A model generated the notes under the pieces. That model was not told the DNA's origin. It ran no database searches and saw nothing but the letters and a program-made list of their open reading frames with translations. A DNA stretch of 64,000 bases from an uncultured Methanospirillum sp. (GTDB lineage Archaea; Halobacteriota; Methanomicrobia; Methanomicrobiales; Methanospirillaceae): contig CAZWTX010000008.1 of the NCBI GenBank assembly GCA_964637135.1, forward strand, positions 1-64,000, given 5' to 3'. Shown here one piece after another: positions 9,072 to 19,591 of this stretch; the stretch's first letter is position 1, and every line of letters begins with the position of its first letter. A program made the translations under genes and the position numbers.

Positions 9072-9899
9072 CTATCCATCGGCTGCCGATCGGTTTCTTC
9101 TGAGGATATCCCTGCCGCTGATCGTGAGAAGGTACACGATGACGCTGAGCAGGATGATCGTCGACCCTGATGGGATATCCCATATCCATGAGAGCATAAT
9201 CCCGGCCGTCGTCAGGATACACCCGGTGACGGCCGACCCGGCCATCATCCCTTTCAGGGTGGTCGAGAATTCCCGGGTGATAGCCGCCGGGAGGGTAAGC
9301 ATCGCGATAACGAGGATGATCCCGACTACCTGGATGAGCAGCACGATCGAGATAGCGATGAGGATCAGGTATACGAGCTGGATCCCTTTTAACGGAACAC
9401 CGAGGAGGGATGCATACTCTGCATCAAAGGCAACTGCCTGAAGTGCCGGATACAGAGCGATTGTGATACCGGTGATAAAAACGGCAAGGACGACTGTAAG
9501 AAGGAGATACATCGGTGGAACGAGGAGGATGTTCCCGAAGAGGTAACTGAAGAGATCGGGAGTATATCCCGGTGTCAGGGAGATACAGAGAATACCAAAT
9601 GCCATCCCCCCGGCCCAGAACGCCCCGACGAGCGTATCAATATGCTGCCGTGCCCGATCGGCAAGTCCCCAGATCAGGACTGCCACCAGGATGGTGAACC
9701 CACTGGCCCCTGCCAGGGGTTCGACTCCGGCCAGGTACCCGAGGCCGATTCCCCCGAATGCTGAATGGGAGAGTCCTCCCGCTATCGCGACCATGTGTTT
9801 TACTACGACGTAACTGCCGATGATGCCACAGATGACCGAGGCGGCAATCCCTGTGAGGATGGCAGTCTGGAAGAACCCGTATCCGAACGCTTCTATCAT
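9072..9899 (-). CDS. Zn/Mn ABC transporter permease (ZnuB-like)
   Basis: 'LSHSAFGG', 'YLFGNIL', 'VVGIILVIAMLTLPAA', 'PSGSTII'. Confidence 0.93.
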   Translation of the reverse strand: MIEAFGYGFFQTAILTGIAASVICGIIGSYVVVKHMVAIAGGLSHSAFGGIGLGYLAGVEPLAGASGFTILVAVLIWGLADRARQHIDTLVGAFWAGGMAFGILCISLTPGYTPDLFSYLFGNILLVPPMYLLLTVVLAVFITGITIALYPALQAVAFDAEYASLLGVPLKGIQLVYLILIAISIVLLIQVVGIILVIAMLTLPAAITREFSTTLKGMMAGSAVTGCILTTAGIMLSWIWDIPSGSTIILLSVIVYLLTISGRDILRRNRSAADG

Positions 9900-10666
9900 G
9901 GGCGATCCCCGTGATGTGCAAGAACGCGATGGGGAATATCCCCGTGGGTGATAAGATCAACCGGGCACCCGTACGTCCGGGCTATCATCTCTGTCGTGAT
10001 GTGATCCTGGTCATGGACGAAGAGCGTCCGGTTCAGGCAGGCGATATGGGTGACATGCCGTGAGACAACCCCGATGTCATGGGTGATCATCAAAATGGTG
10101 ATGGTCTTTGAGAGGGAAGAGAGCAGTTCGTAGAACTGTTCCTCTGTCGGGGCATCGACGAAGACCGATGGTTCGTCAAGGATGAGGATTTCCGGTTCTC
10201 CGGCAAGGGCCCGTGCGATCAGCATCCTCTGCCGCTCTCCCCCGGAGAGATCTGATATCGGGCGGTTGATCAGGTTTCCTGCGGCAATCCGTGAGAGCGC
10301 TGATTCTGCCGCATCATGATCGCCGGGAGAGTACCGATAGAACGGTCCTTTTTTGCGCCCAAGCCGCCCGGTCAGAACCATCTCCCTGACGGTAATCGGG
10401 AACTGGAAATCAAACATTTGGTACTGGGGCACATACCCGATCCGTCGTTTGGCATCCAGGGATACCGGCTCACCAAACAGCCGGATACTTCCTGCACTCA
10501 CTGGTAGGAGGCCGAGGATCGCCCTGATAAGGGTGGTCTTCCCTGCCCCGTTCGGGCCGATAATCGCAAAGAAGTCCCCTGCATTCACCCTGAAGGTGAC
10601 AGATTCAAGAACGATCTTGTTGTTCAGGGAGATTTCAAGATTCTCTACTTCGATGACCGGTTTCAT
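9896..10666 (-). CDS. Zn/Mn ABC transporter ATPase (ZnuC-like)
   Basis: GPNGAGKTT, IGYVPQ, LSGGERQR, ITHD, His-rich tail. Confidence 0.95.
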   Translation of the reverse strand: MKPVIEVENLEISLNNKIVLESVTFRVNAGDFFAIIGPNGAGKTTLIRAILGLLPVSAGSIRLFGEPVSLDAKRRIGYVPQYQMFDFQFPITVREMVLTGRLGRKKGPFYRYSPGDHDAAESALSRIAAGNLINRPISDLSGGERQRMLIARALAGEPEILILDEPSVFVDAPTEEQFYELLSSLSKTITILMITHDIGVVSRHVTHIACLNRTLFVHDQDHITTEMIARTYGCPVDLITHGDIPHRVLAHHGDRP

Positions 10667-11601
10667 GAAGATAGTACGATATTTGCTGCAATTGTTTTCA
10701 TATTTGCCAGGTAATCCTTCTCAAGCGGACTTATCTCAATGACCGATCCGTCGATTGCATCTGCGATCGTCCGTGCATTAGCCGGTGAGTACCCGGGTTC
10801 GGTGAACACCACCCTGATCCCTTCCTCTCTGGCCAGCTGGATCAGCGAGGCAATCTCCTGCCCGGTCGGCTCCTTTCCTTCTGATTCAACCGATTTCTGG
10901 ACGAGATCATAATCCCGGCAGAAGTACCCGAATGCCGGGTGATAAACGAGAATGGTCCGGTTCCTGAGTGGTGAGAGATGTTCGCGGATGGAACGGTCAA
11001 GTCTCTCCAGTTCTACCAGGTACTGGTCCCTCCCGGCTCCGAAGATCGCTGATGAGGTGGGATCCCGGACAGAAAGGGCATCACAGGTGGTATTGATCAT
11101 CGATGCAACGTTTGCCGGTGAGAGCCAGACATGCGGATCTGTCTCTCCCTCTTCATGGTGATCTCCTGTTTCATACCCGGTCCCGTCTTGGTGGGAGTGC
11201 TCGGGATTTTCCAGGAGGGTGAGGGATTTGGACGAATTAATGATCTGAAGATCAGGATTCATTCCCCTGATCCGATCGAGCCACCGGTTCTCAAATTCTA
11301 TCCCTGAACCGAGAGCAATGTAGAGATCTGCATCTTCAAGCGCCCTGATCTGGGATGGTTCGGGTTCGTAGGAATGGGGACTGGCACCCTGGGGAACCAT
11401 CACAATGACATTCACCCGGTCACCGCCGACGGCCCTGATGAACTCCTCCTGGGGAGGAATAGTACAAGCCACGATAATCTTCTCCCCGTTGCCAGAGAGG
11501 GTTTCGTGCCCGCCGGTGCATCCTGAGATCAGGACAAGGGCGACGATATAAAGAGATACCAGGCTCCCGACAGGGAATATATAATTTAGCTGTAAGCTCA
11601 T
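10663..11601 (-). CDS. Zn/Mn ABC substrate-binding lipoprotein (ZnuA/TroA-like)
   Basis: Lipobox ISGC, SPHSYEP, His-rich loop, DPHVWLSP, HPAFGYF. Confidence 0.95.
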   Translation of the reverse strand: MSLQLNYIFPVGSLVSLYIVALVLISGCTGGHETLSGNGEKIIVACTIPPQEEFIRAVGGDRVNVIVMVPQGASPHSYEPEPSQIRALEDADLYIALGSGIEFENRWLDRIRGMNPDLQIINSSKSLTLLENPEHSHQDGTGYETGDHHEEGETDPHVWLSPANVASMINTTCDALSVRDPTSSAIFGAGRDQYLVELERLDRSIREHLSPLRNRTILVYHPAFGYFCRDYDLVQKSVESEGKEPTGQEIASLIQLAREEGIRVVFTEPGYSPANARTIADAIDGSVIEISPLEKDYLANMKTIAANIVLSS

Positions 11602-12023
11602 TCAATTACCTCGATACAACAGCCGGGCTCATGATCGATCATCCCGCAGGAAGACTTCATGGGATGACCGAAATATCTGCATATCCGGTTTACATGATCC
11701 CGTGGGACAAGATGTTCGATCCGTTCTGCCTGGCTGCATGCATCCTGTTCACAGAGACCTGACCTGCAGAGCATCAGCACAATGATGCGGTGACGACGGA
11801 TGAGGTACCGGGCCGTATCGCTGCCGTAATCAGTGAGAACCGCCTCCTGGTATGGGGAATGGATCAAAAAGCCGGCTGCCTCCAGTTCGTGAAGGGTCCG
11901 GGTGACCGTCGGTGTCCTGATCCTGAACCGGGATGCGATCTCCCCTGACCGGGCAGTCCCTCCCTGCTCGTACATGAATTTTAAAAACCTGATCTTCTGT
12001 GGAGTCAGGTCCTGGTGATCCAT
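11598..12023 (-). CDS. DtxR/MntR family metal-dependent regulator
   Basis: wHTH 'EIASRFRIRTPTVTRTL', 'RRHRII', 'AERIEH', Cys-rich C-terminus; first gene of the metal ABC operon. Confidence 0.9.
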   Translation of the reverse strand: MDHQDLTPQKIRFLKFMYEQGGTARSGEIASRFRIRTPTVTRTLHELEAAGFLIHSPYQEAVLTDYGSDTARYLIRRHRIIVLMLCRSGLCEQDACSQAERIEHLVPRDHVNRICRYFGHPMKSSCGMIDHEPGCCIEVIE

Positions 12024-12109
12024 ATGATCTGGTTGGTGTCCGGGAAGAAAAAGCTCTCAGCTAAATTGTTTAGGATCGTTCTCTGTTTCCAAAAGTTCAG
12101 ACCGGAATC

Positions 12110-13615
12110 ATGAATACCAGCCACAATGATGTTTTTCTCATGTTCTGCAGGGGGTACCTGATCCTGGGATTCATCATCTTCGTTGCTGCCCTGTTTTCCG
12201 GGTGTATAGATGAATCCGGGGGGACGGCCGATCTTCAGTCCCGGTATGGGGCTGCCCCAGCCGGTATGGCCTGGTACCAGGTTCCGGATGAAAATATCAC
12301 ACTTCTGATACCGCATGGATGGCATGCCGGTCTCGTGAATGACTCCTGTCTCCTTGTTCAGGATCCCGATCAGCGGTATCGGGTGGTCATGCAGCCGGCT
12401 GTTTTCCCCGGCATGAATCTCTCTGCCAACAACCTGGTACAGAAGGCATTACAGAGACTCGTACCCCCCGGCTCTCAGGCTCCCGTTCCGGTAACCGGAA
12501 TGGAGTATGCCGGCGGGGATATTGTGGATATGACTCTTACCCTCCCCGGGCATGGCCGGGAGATGACGGTACTGGCGTATGCCGGTGATGAAGAGGGACT
12601 CGTACTCTATTACGAATACCCGGCCGGGGATGCCGGCCGGTTCCCGGCGATTGCCAGGACCATCCTTGCGAGTGTCCGTTCAGAGATGCTAGAGGCCGGA
12701 AGTCCTGAAAATGAAACGGAACTGGTGGTCCATGAACCGGCGGTCCTGCCGACTGCCCTCTTCCCGGATTTCACCGGTGCAGTGATTCTCCATGCCCCGG
12801 CAGACTGGTCGTCAGGCCAGCAGCAGACCGGACCGTGCACGGTGAACTGGTGGACCGGCGACTGGCGGTATTACCGCCAGGTGTTCGGATTTGACCGGAT
12901 GTATGCATTTTCATCAGAAGATGCGAAGAAAGCAGCCCTTTCCCGGGTCATGAATGAGACTGGTATTGCGGCTCTCCAGGAAGCGATGCTGGTATCCCGG
13001 ACACCGGTTGCCGGATCCACTCCCGCTGATTTTATTACACAGGTTCTCCCTGCCGTGACCGCTGATCCGGGTTTCATGATGTACTACCCCTCCCTGATGG
13101 GGATAAAAAACATCACTATCACCGGTGAATGGGAACTATCCGGGACATTGAAATCCGCTGCATCGGATCAGGGATCAGGGATTGCCGGATATCATCTCTC
13201 CTTCATCCGTGACGGCACGCCGGAGACCGGAAAGGTCGTTGTCGTGACGACCCCGGATGGGGTGAATGGTTCGTATGCCGGTTTCTGGGGAGTTGCAGCA
13301 CCGTCTGACCGGTATGCGGCCGAGGAGGCACTCCTTCTCAGGATATTTGATTCCATGCACCAGGATCCCGGTCCCGGGATGAATTGCCCGACATCGCTGT
13401 TGTCTGTCATCGCGGAGAACGATCTCGGCGTCCGTGACGGGAATGAGAGTGCCGGAAATGAGATCTCGTGGCGGTGGGATCATGCAGCGCCACAAGCAGG
13501 CCGGTTCTGGGATCCGGTCCGGAATCCCGGTGCAAACCAGACAGCCTGGTTTGCCGGTTCGATCCTCCCGCTCCGTACGCTCTCACCTGGAGTATCTCCG
13601 GAGAGTGGGAATTGA
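12110..13615 (+). CDS. Hypothetical lipoprotein (possibly two PsbP-like domains)
   Basis: Lipobox FSGC; two 'ITLLIPHGW' / 'VILHAPADW' motifs; 501-aa ORF. Confidence 0.65.
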   Translation: MNTSHNDVFLMFCRGYLILGFIIFVAALFSGCIDESGGTADLQSRYGAAPAGMAWYQVPDENITLLIPHGWHAGLVNDSCLLVQDPDQRYRVVMQPAVFPGMNLSANNLVQKALQRLVPPGSQAPVPVTGMEYAGGDIVDMTLTLPGHGREMTVLAYAGDEEGLVLYYEYPAGDAGRFPAIARTILASVRSEMLEAGSPENETELVVHEPAVLPTALFPDFTGAVILHAPADWSSGQQQTGPCTVNWWTGDWRYYRQVFGFDRMYAFSSEDAKKAALSRVMNETGIAALQEAMLVSRTPVAGSTPADFITQVLPAVTADPGFMMYYPSLMGIKNITITGEWELSGTLKSAASDQGSGIAGYHLSFIRDGTPETGKVVVVTTPDGVNGSYAGFWGVAAPSDRYAAEEALLLRIFDSMHQDPGPGMNCPTSLLSVIAENDLGVRDGNESAGNEISWRWDHAAPQAGRFWDPVRNPGANQTAWFAGSILPLRTLSPGVSPESGN

Positions 13616-13642
13616 AAATCCCAGAATTCAGGAAACACGCGT

Positions 13643-14560
13643 TCATTCCGTGCCGGTGCGGGCAGAAGGGAGATCCTGTACTACCTGCGAATTCCCGGTT
13701 CCGGGTTCCCACCAGAAGAGGGTGATTGTGAGGGTACCGGTGAGTACCACCCGGTCTCCCTCGTGTTTTGCATGTTCGTTCAGCCAGGATAGGATAACCG
13801 GCTCCTGTTGATCGGATATCCCTCCTATCCGCTCCCTGATGTCAAGAACCGCTTCCCCGATATCCGGGTACTCCTCGGTGTAGGCCAGTGGGATACTTCT
13901 TGCCCGGGGCCTGATTCCCATCTGGTCAAGAACGAGGTAGAGGAGATCTCCCTTCGGGCCTGGTATATACCGGTCCCCTTTCAGGTTTGGCCAGAGGTCT
14001 GTCATCATCAGATCCCAGGGGGTGATCCCCGAGAACCAGACGAGAAAAACCGTTCCGTCACAAGCCATCTCCATTTTCCGGATACTGTCCATGATATCTG
14101 GCATACCCAGTGAGAAACAGGCAAGGACGATGTCATATCTCCCCGGGAGATCCCGGACCGCGATATCCTCCCATCGTGACGGGATCGGGATGATTCCAGG
14201 AAGATCCATCTCCCTGATGTTCTGCCTGAGGACAGACATCATCCCCTCGGCCGGCTCCACGACCGTGACAAGAGCCCCTTTCTGTGCAAGGGGTATAGCG
14301 AGGGTGCCCGGGCCGCCGCCGATATCAAGGATCCGGGTTCTTTCCCTGACGACGAGGTGCTCAAGAACCGGCCGGTACCGATCCATCTGTTTCTGAACAG
14401 TCGTCCAGTATTGCATCGCTTTTTCCCGGCTCGTCCAGATTTGTGCGCATTCTGTCTCCTGTCGGCATTTCAGGTTCAGGGAGAGGCGTTCCTTCCAGAC
14501 CTGGTTCCAGTCGATGGTCCTCCATTCCCTGGCAAGCAGGCTGATCGGATCTCCACACAT
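13643..14560 (-). CDS. Class I SAM-dependent methyltransferase
   Basis: ILDIGGGPGTL, VVEPAEGM, 'YDIVLACFSL'. Confidence 0.9.
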   Translation of the reverse strand: MCGDPISLLAREWRTIDWNQVWKERLSLNLKCRQETECAQIWTSREKAMQYWTTVQKQMDRYRPVLEHLVVRERTRILDIGGGPGTLAIPLAQKGALVTVVEPAEGMMSVLRQNIREMDLPGIIPIPSRWEDIAVRDLPGRYDIVLACFSLGMPDIMDSIRKMEMACDGTVFLVWFSGITPWDLMMTDLWPNLKGDRYIPGPKGDLLYLVLDQMGIRPRARSIPLAYTEEYPDIGEAVLDIRERIGGISDQQEPVILSWLNEHAKHEGDRVVLTGTLTITLFWWEPGTGNSQVVQDLPSARTGTE

Positions 14561-14677
14561 GGATCATCGTGGTACCGGCATGCATATCCTCCTGGTGGCC
14601 CGAAGCCGTGATCACCACGCCATTATTATCCATCCCGATGATCTTTCTTCATGATCCGGGTATCGTGGGGAAGAAAA

Positions 14678-15331
14678 ATGATTCCGGTGCTGCTTCTCAT
14701 CATCTTGTGCGGGATATGCATGGCAGATGGTGATCGGCCGGTTCCTGAAACGGCGAAGAAAACCGGTGATATGGTTCTTCTCTCCGTGGCAGATGTCAGG
14801 CAAAGCGACCGGTTCTCCTGCGGTCCGGCCTCCTGCCAGGCGATTCTCCAGTACTGGGGAACCAATGTGCCGGAAGGAGAACTCATCTCGTACCTCTCTG
14901 ATGTGACCGGATGTATGGTGGGAACCGATCCCCGGTTCATGGTTAATGTTCTCAGGTACGGATACGACATTGAGACCGAGATGCGGCAGAACATGACAAT
15001 CAGTGACCTGGAAGAAGAAATACGGAATGGCCGGCCGGTAATCGCCATGATCCAGGCATGGAAAGAGCCGGACGATCCGACTCCCTGGGCTGAGGACACT
15101 TACCATGGGCATTACGTCGTCGTATCAGGATTTGACCAGAAGAACATCTATGTTGAAGATCCGGTTCTCCTGGGATCCATCGGGTATATTCCAAAAGAAG
15201 AGTTTATGGACCGGTGGCACCTGTTTGTGACTGACCAGTGCCGTGCACCGGAAGGAGAATGGTACTACCAGGCAGGGATCCTCACCCGTGGGGTTCACCA
15301 TCAGCCGGATCCGGTTACCCGGATTCCCTGA
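14678..15331 (+). CDS. Secreted C39-family cysteine peptidase (stand-alone)
   Basis: Signal peptide; QSDRFSCGPASC (Gln plus catalytic Cys), GHYVVVSGFD (His), EDP (Asp). Confidence 0.88.
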   Translation: MIPVLLLIILCGICMADGDRPVPETAKKTGDMVLLSVADVRQSDRFSCGPASCQAILQYWGTNVPEGELISYLSDVTGCMVGTDPRFMVNVLRYGYDIETEMRQNMTISDLEEEIRNGRPVIAMIQAWKEPDDPTPWAEDTYHGHYVVVSGFDQKNIYVEDPVLLGSIGYIPKEEFMDRWHLFVTDQCRAPEGEWYYQAGILTRGVHHQPDPVTRIP

Positions 15332-15341
15332 TAATTGGGAA

Positions 15342-17612
15342 TCAGTTCTCGAACCGGTTCATTTCCTGGTTGAGCCGTCCGGCAACCTCGTTGACTTCTG
15401 AGATTACTTCGGCTACCTGGTCAATCGCTGCTGCGGTCTCTTCACTCGCTGCTGCGGCATCCATTGACTGTCGTGCCGTCATCTGAACCATCTGGCTGAC
15501 TTCATGCACGCTTGCCGTGATCTCCTCAACCGATGCAGCCTGTTGCTCGGTTGCAGAAGCCACCTCGTTCATCCGGGTACTGATGGTGTCGATTGCTGCC
15601 GTGATCTCCCCGAAAGCGGTAAGGGTATCTGTCATTGCCCGGTTCCCGTCCTGGACTATCAGGGAACTCTTATTCATGGTCTCTGATGCCTTCTGTGATT
15701 TCTGCTGGAGGGAGGAGATCATGTTAGTGATGTTCTCCGCGGATTCCCGTGATTCCTGTGCAAGTGACTTCACTTCAGCTGCTACAACGGCAAATCCCCG
15801 TCCCATCTCGCCGGCCCGGGCTGCTTCGATCGCCGCATTCAGGGCAAGCAGGTTTGTCTGGTTGGCAAGATCAGAGATCACGCGGGTGATCTTGCTGATC
15901 TGATCCATCTCTGAAGTGATCTCGCCAACCAGTTCTCCTATCTCTGCGGTCGACTTGGTGATCTCGCCCATACCCCGTTCTGCATCCTTTGCTAAGGCGG
16001 ATCCTTTCCGTGAGAGATCATTGGCATCCCCGGCGAGATGGTTTACTTCATCGGCACGTGTCGAGACCTCGGAGACAGTTACTGCAAGACCTTCCATGGC
16101 CTGGAGAACGTCACGGATCCCGGTACCCCCGTTTTCAGCCTGGTTGCTCACGATCTGGGCATTGTTTGCCAGCCGTCCCGCTCCCTCAGAAATATCCCTG
16201 ACACCGGCAGTTGCGATCTCGGTTGCCTTGTTCAGGGTTATAACCTGCGAGTTGATCAGTTCGACGACATCTGAAACGTGTTTTCCCACCTTGTCAAGTG
16301 AGTCCCGGAACGAAGCCCACTCTCCGTTGAAGGGTTTCGCGGTATCAATCCGATCTGAAAAGTTGTATGTGGCATACTTCTCTGAAACCCGCATTGCTTC
16401 CTGTATCGGGATGATAACCGAGTCAAGGGTGTTGTTCATTCCCTCGACAATCTTGCGGTAATCACCTTGATGGGTAGTGGAATCGACCCTGACCGAGAGC
16501 TCACCGCTTGCGCCGGCTTTTGCAATGAGATCGACATCGGCAATGAGTTTGCGGATATTATCCCGCATCCTGATGAGCGGTTCGTAAAGGTGATCATTCT
16601 CTGATGCCCGCTTCATATCAGCCGACATATCACCATCTGCTATCTTGGTGACATAGGTGATAAGATCCTGGAGCCAGTCATGCACTGCATTGATGGCGTT
16701 TTTTATATTTGCATGGTCGCCCTTGCATTCGATCTCCATCTTTTCACGGAGGTCACCTCCCTTAATCTTCTGGAGGATCCGGTTCCCTTCACGGATCGGA
16801 CCGAGAACGGCATTGAGCATTCCGTTCATTCCCTCGATGATTTCGGCATATGCACCCTTAAAAAGGTCCGGGTTCCCGCGTTCACGAAGTTGGCCTTCTT
16901 TTGCCGCGGTAGTGACCCGGGAAATCTCGGCTTCGAGATTTTTCAGGTTGGTTGCGAGGGAGTTGACCACGGTCCTCAGATGTTCATGCTCACCTTTGAA
17001 CGGCGTGGTAATGGAAACATCCACATTTCCTTTTTCAATTTGGTACAGGCAACGGTTCACATCCCTGAAGGGATGCAGGATCGAGTCAAGCATCTGGTTT
17101 ATCGCGCTAGAAAGGTGGGCAAGATCCCCGGTGTACCCTTCAAGGTTCAGGCGGGCCCTGAGATTGCCTCCGGCTGCTTCCTTGGCAAGGGCGAGCACCT
17201 CACCGATGATCTTTGCCTGCTGGGTGTTATTGATGAGGGTAAGGATAAGGTAGGTATGATTTTCGTGAGTGATCGGCTTGATGGTTATGCGTGCATTAAA
17301 CAGAACCCCGTCTATTCGTCGGTGTAACCAGTCAAACCTGACGGTCGTCCCCCCTAATGCATCAGCGATCAGAGATTCAGCATCCTTGCTTGATTTACTC
17401 CCGTCAGGCTGGTATTCGGGAGAATGGTCGATCGGAGTTGTTCCAATCAGATCTGCAGGAGTCCGGGCGTGGAAAAGCCTGACTGCTGCTTCATTACACT
17501 GAATATATTTCCCGTTATCAATAACTATAACCGCAACGGGGATCTCGTTTAGGAGGCTCTGTACTTCTTCAGTCAGATAGTACCCGCCACCTTTGGATAT
17601 GTTTTCCTGCAT
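15342..17612 (-). CDS. Cytoplasmic PAS-polyHAMP methyl-accepting chemotaxis protein
   Basis: N-terminal PAS (SPEYQPDG), repeated HAMP units, [31 protein letters not shown]; no TM segments. Confidence 0.95.
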   Translation of the reverse strand: MQENISKGGGYYLTEEVQSLLNEIPVAVIVIDNGKYIQCNEAAVRLFHARTPADLIGTTPIDHSPEYQPDGSKSSKDAESLIADALGGTTVRFDWLHRRIDGVLFNARITIKPITHENHTYLILTLINNTQQAKIIGEVLALAKEAAGGNLRARLNLEGYTGDLAHLSSAINQMLDSILHPFRDVNRCLYQIEKGNVDVSITTPFKGEHEHLRTVVNSLATNLKNLEAEISRVTTAAKEGQLRERGNPDLFKGAYAEIIEGMNGMLNAVLGPIREGNRILQKIKGGDLREKMEIECKGDHANIKNAINAVHDWLQDLITYVTKIADGDMSADMKRASENDHLYEPLIRMRDNIRKLIADVDLIAKAGASGELSVRVDSTTHQGDYRKIVEGMNNTLDSVIIPIQEAMRVSEKYATYNFSDRIDTAKPFNGEWASFRDSLDKVGKHVSDVVELINSQVITLNKATEIATAGVRDISEGAGRLANNAQIVSNQAENGGTGIRDVLQAMEGLAVTVSEVSTRADEVNHLAGDANDLSRKGSALAKDAERGMGEITKSTAEIGELVGEITSEMDQISKITRVISDLANQTNLLALNAAIEAARAGEMGRGFAVVAAEVKSLAQESRESAENITNMISSLQQKSQKASETMNKSSLIVQDGNRAMTDTLTAFGEITAAIDTISTRMNEVASATEQQAASVEEITASVHEVSQMVQMTARQSMDAAAASEETAAAIDQVAEVISEVNEVAGRLNQEMNRFEN

Positions 17613-17801
17613 TGGTACCCACCAGGTAAAAAGTTAACAGATGCGATAAACCGGTGTCTCATTATAATTATATAGGGGGATAGTAAAAGATGATCCCCCA
17701 GTTAATCAGACACTCCTATTTAGGCAGAGTATATCTACTTATTATTCATTTTATTCTGTCAAATTCCTGCACATTTTCACAGATATTCAGAAGATATATG
17801 G

Positions 17802-18632
17802 TTACGGGTCGAGTGGATCGTCAGGCCAGGTGTGGGCAGAGGGCTTCTCCGGACGTACCAGGTACCCGGTCACCAGCCTGACCACTTCGGGATTTTTTGG
17901 AAGAAGAATATGGCAGTACAGATACGGATCGATGGCAGGATCCGGTTCTGCACCGATGAGATCCCACATGGTTCCGGGCAGCCGGGTATCAGCATACGGG
18001 ATGATCCCATCTCCGAACCATGTCTGCATCCATGTTCCATCCGGTGTGCAGACCCAGGTTTTCCCCTGGAAAAGGGGAAATATACCTTCTTCACCACTCC
18101 GGTTCAAGGCAACGATGGTCCGGTACCTGATATCTTTCCTTGTTCCGGCTTGTTTAAGTTCACGGGTCTCCCTGCTTGTGAAACGGATTCCCTGGACGAT
18201 CAGGTCTTCAGCCGGGTTATACTGTCTCGGAACAAAAACGCCAGAGAGTGAGGAGATGATATGCGGGCCGATTGTCTCATGATTAAAGAGTTCGGCCATT
18301 GTGGCACCGTTGTTCGGCGGTCCGATCATGATCAGCTGCCTGATACGGTGCCGGTGTGATACATCCCTGACCTCGAGAAGGTACCTGCAAAGGAACCCCC
18401 CCATCGAATGGGTGACAATGTCAATTTCACCCGTGTATCCCGTTTCTTCATGCTTCCTGAAGAGAAAAGATTCCAGGCGGTTGATAAGATCATGAAACGC
18501 GATATCAGTCAGTGATGAATGATCAAATCTCCAGACCGGAATGGAACTCCCCTCAAGGGCCCGGATAATCGGATTCCATATGCCCGGATGACTCTTCCAG
18601 CCATGGATGAAAAGAACGGGAACCTGATGCAT
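17802..18632 (-). CDS. Alpha/beta hydrolase (lipase/PGAP1-like)
   Basis: PVLFIHGW, THSMGG nucleophile elbow, GPPNNG, GDGIIP, C-terminal His. Confidence 0.88.
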   Translation of the reverse strand: MHQVPVLFIHGWKSHPGIWNPIIRALEGSSIPVWRFDHSSLTDIAFHDLINRLESFLFRKHEETGYTGEIDIVTHSMGGFLCRYLLEVRDVSHRHRIRQLIMIGPPNNGATMAELFNHETIGPHIISSLSGVFVPRQYNPAEDLIVQGIRFTSRETRELKQAGTRKDIRYRTIVALNRSGEEGIFPLFQGKTWVCTPDGTWMQTWFGDGIIPYADTRLPGTMWDLIGAEPDPAIDPYLYCHILLPKNPEVVRLVTGYLVRPEKPSAHTWPDDPLDP

Positions 18633-18738
18633 AATGTGGGTTATCAGTCGATGGGAGAAAGGAAGAGGGTATCGCTGATTCCGGGAAGTGTTCACTCGAA
18701 AAGAAGAATTCTTTTTGAAATCCGTTCAACCATTGGGT

Positions 18739-18948
18739 ATGGCATCTCCACTGGTTGCAGTTATTCTTTCGTTTTTCATTCCCGGGCTTGGCCAGTTCTA
18801 TACGGGCCAGTTGATTAAAGCCGTTATTCTCTTTTTCCTCGCCTGTATCTTTGGGTACCTGGCAATCATCCTGATCGGTATTCCGTTTTACATCATCGTC
18901 TGGCTGTACAGTATGTATGATGCGTATATTGCTGCAAAAGGAGAATAA
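18739..18948 (+). CDS. Small TM2-like membrane protein
   Basis: 'AVILSFFIPGLGQFYTGQ..K' motif; followed by a T8 tract. Confidence 0.8.
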   Translation: MASPLVAVILSFFIPGLGQFYTGQLIKAVILFFLACIFGYLAIILIGIPFYIIVWLYSMYDAYIAAKGE

Positions 18949-18961
18949 TCCGAAGGATGTC

Positions 18962-18969
18962 TTTTTTTT
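18962..18969 (+). terminator. Oligo-T archaeal terminator
   Basis: T8 run 14 nt after the stop at 18948. Confidence 0.5.
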
Positions 18970-19250
18970 CGAGAGGCTGATTCGTAATTATCCCCACCGC
19001 CAGGATTCCATCTTCCCGGATTATCTCATAAATCGTGTTTTAACGGGATGATCTGGTCTGTCCGGAGTATCCCGTAAACCCACGGGCCCTGGTATCTTTC
19101 TCCAGCCATGATCCATGAATCCTGAGCAGTAATCCGTTCCGGACACCGGGCCTGAGAAACGGGGTATCAGACCGAATACAAAGGCTAATGTCCTGAATGG
19201 CGAGGATGATCAGGGTGATCTTGAACCTCATGGTGGAACTGATTTATGCG

Positions 19251-19292
19251 CGGAAGGAAAATTCTCCTTCCGGCTGATATTTGGTGAAAAAA
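19251..19292 (-). terminator. T-tract plus 8-bp hairpin downstream of aIF-1A
   Basis: A6 at 19287-19292 (T6 on minus); perfect inverted repeat CGGAAGGA (19251-58) / TCCTTCCG (19265-72). Confidence 0.45.
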
Positions 19293-19294
19293 GG

Positions 19295-19591
19295 TCAGAG
19301 ATATTGATTTCTTTTCAACCAATCTTTCTGGGGGGGAGTATACCGATATGAGATATCACACTTGTCGTTCTGGAAACTCCAGGGCGTAACGATGATGATG
19401 TCACCCTCGCGGATCCAGGCACGTTTCTTGATCTTGCCCTTGATCCTGCCGAGTCGTGTAATTCCATCAGCACATCTGACCCTGATGTGATTTGAACCAA
19501 GCATCAGTTCAGCATATCCGAACTGCTCACCTTTCTTCTTGTTCGGCAACCGGACCCTGACTACAGTTCCGTCGTCTGCAGCCGTTTCCAC
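19295..19591 (-). CDS. eif1A: Translation initiation factor aIF-1A (eIF-1A); start codon uncertain
   Basis: 'VRVRLP...MLGSNHIRVRCADG..RLGRIKGKIKKRAWIREGDIIIVTPWSFQ..KCDI.YRY'; no in-frame ATG upstream (see findings). Confidence 0.95.
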   Translation of the reverse strand: METAADDGTVVRVRLPNKKKGEQFGYAELMLGSNHIRVRCADGITRLGRIKGKIKKRAWIREGDIIIVTPWSFQNDKCDISYRYTPPQKDWLKRNQYL

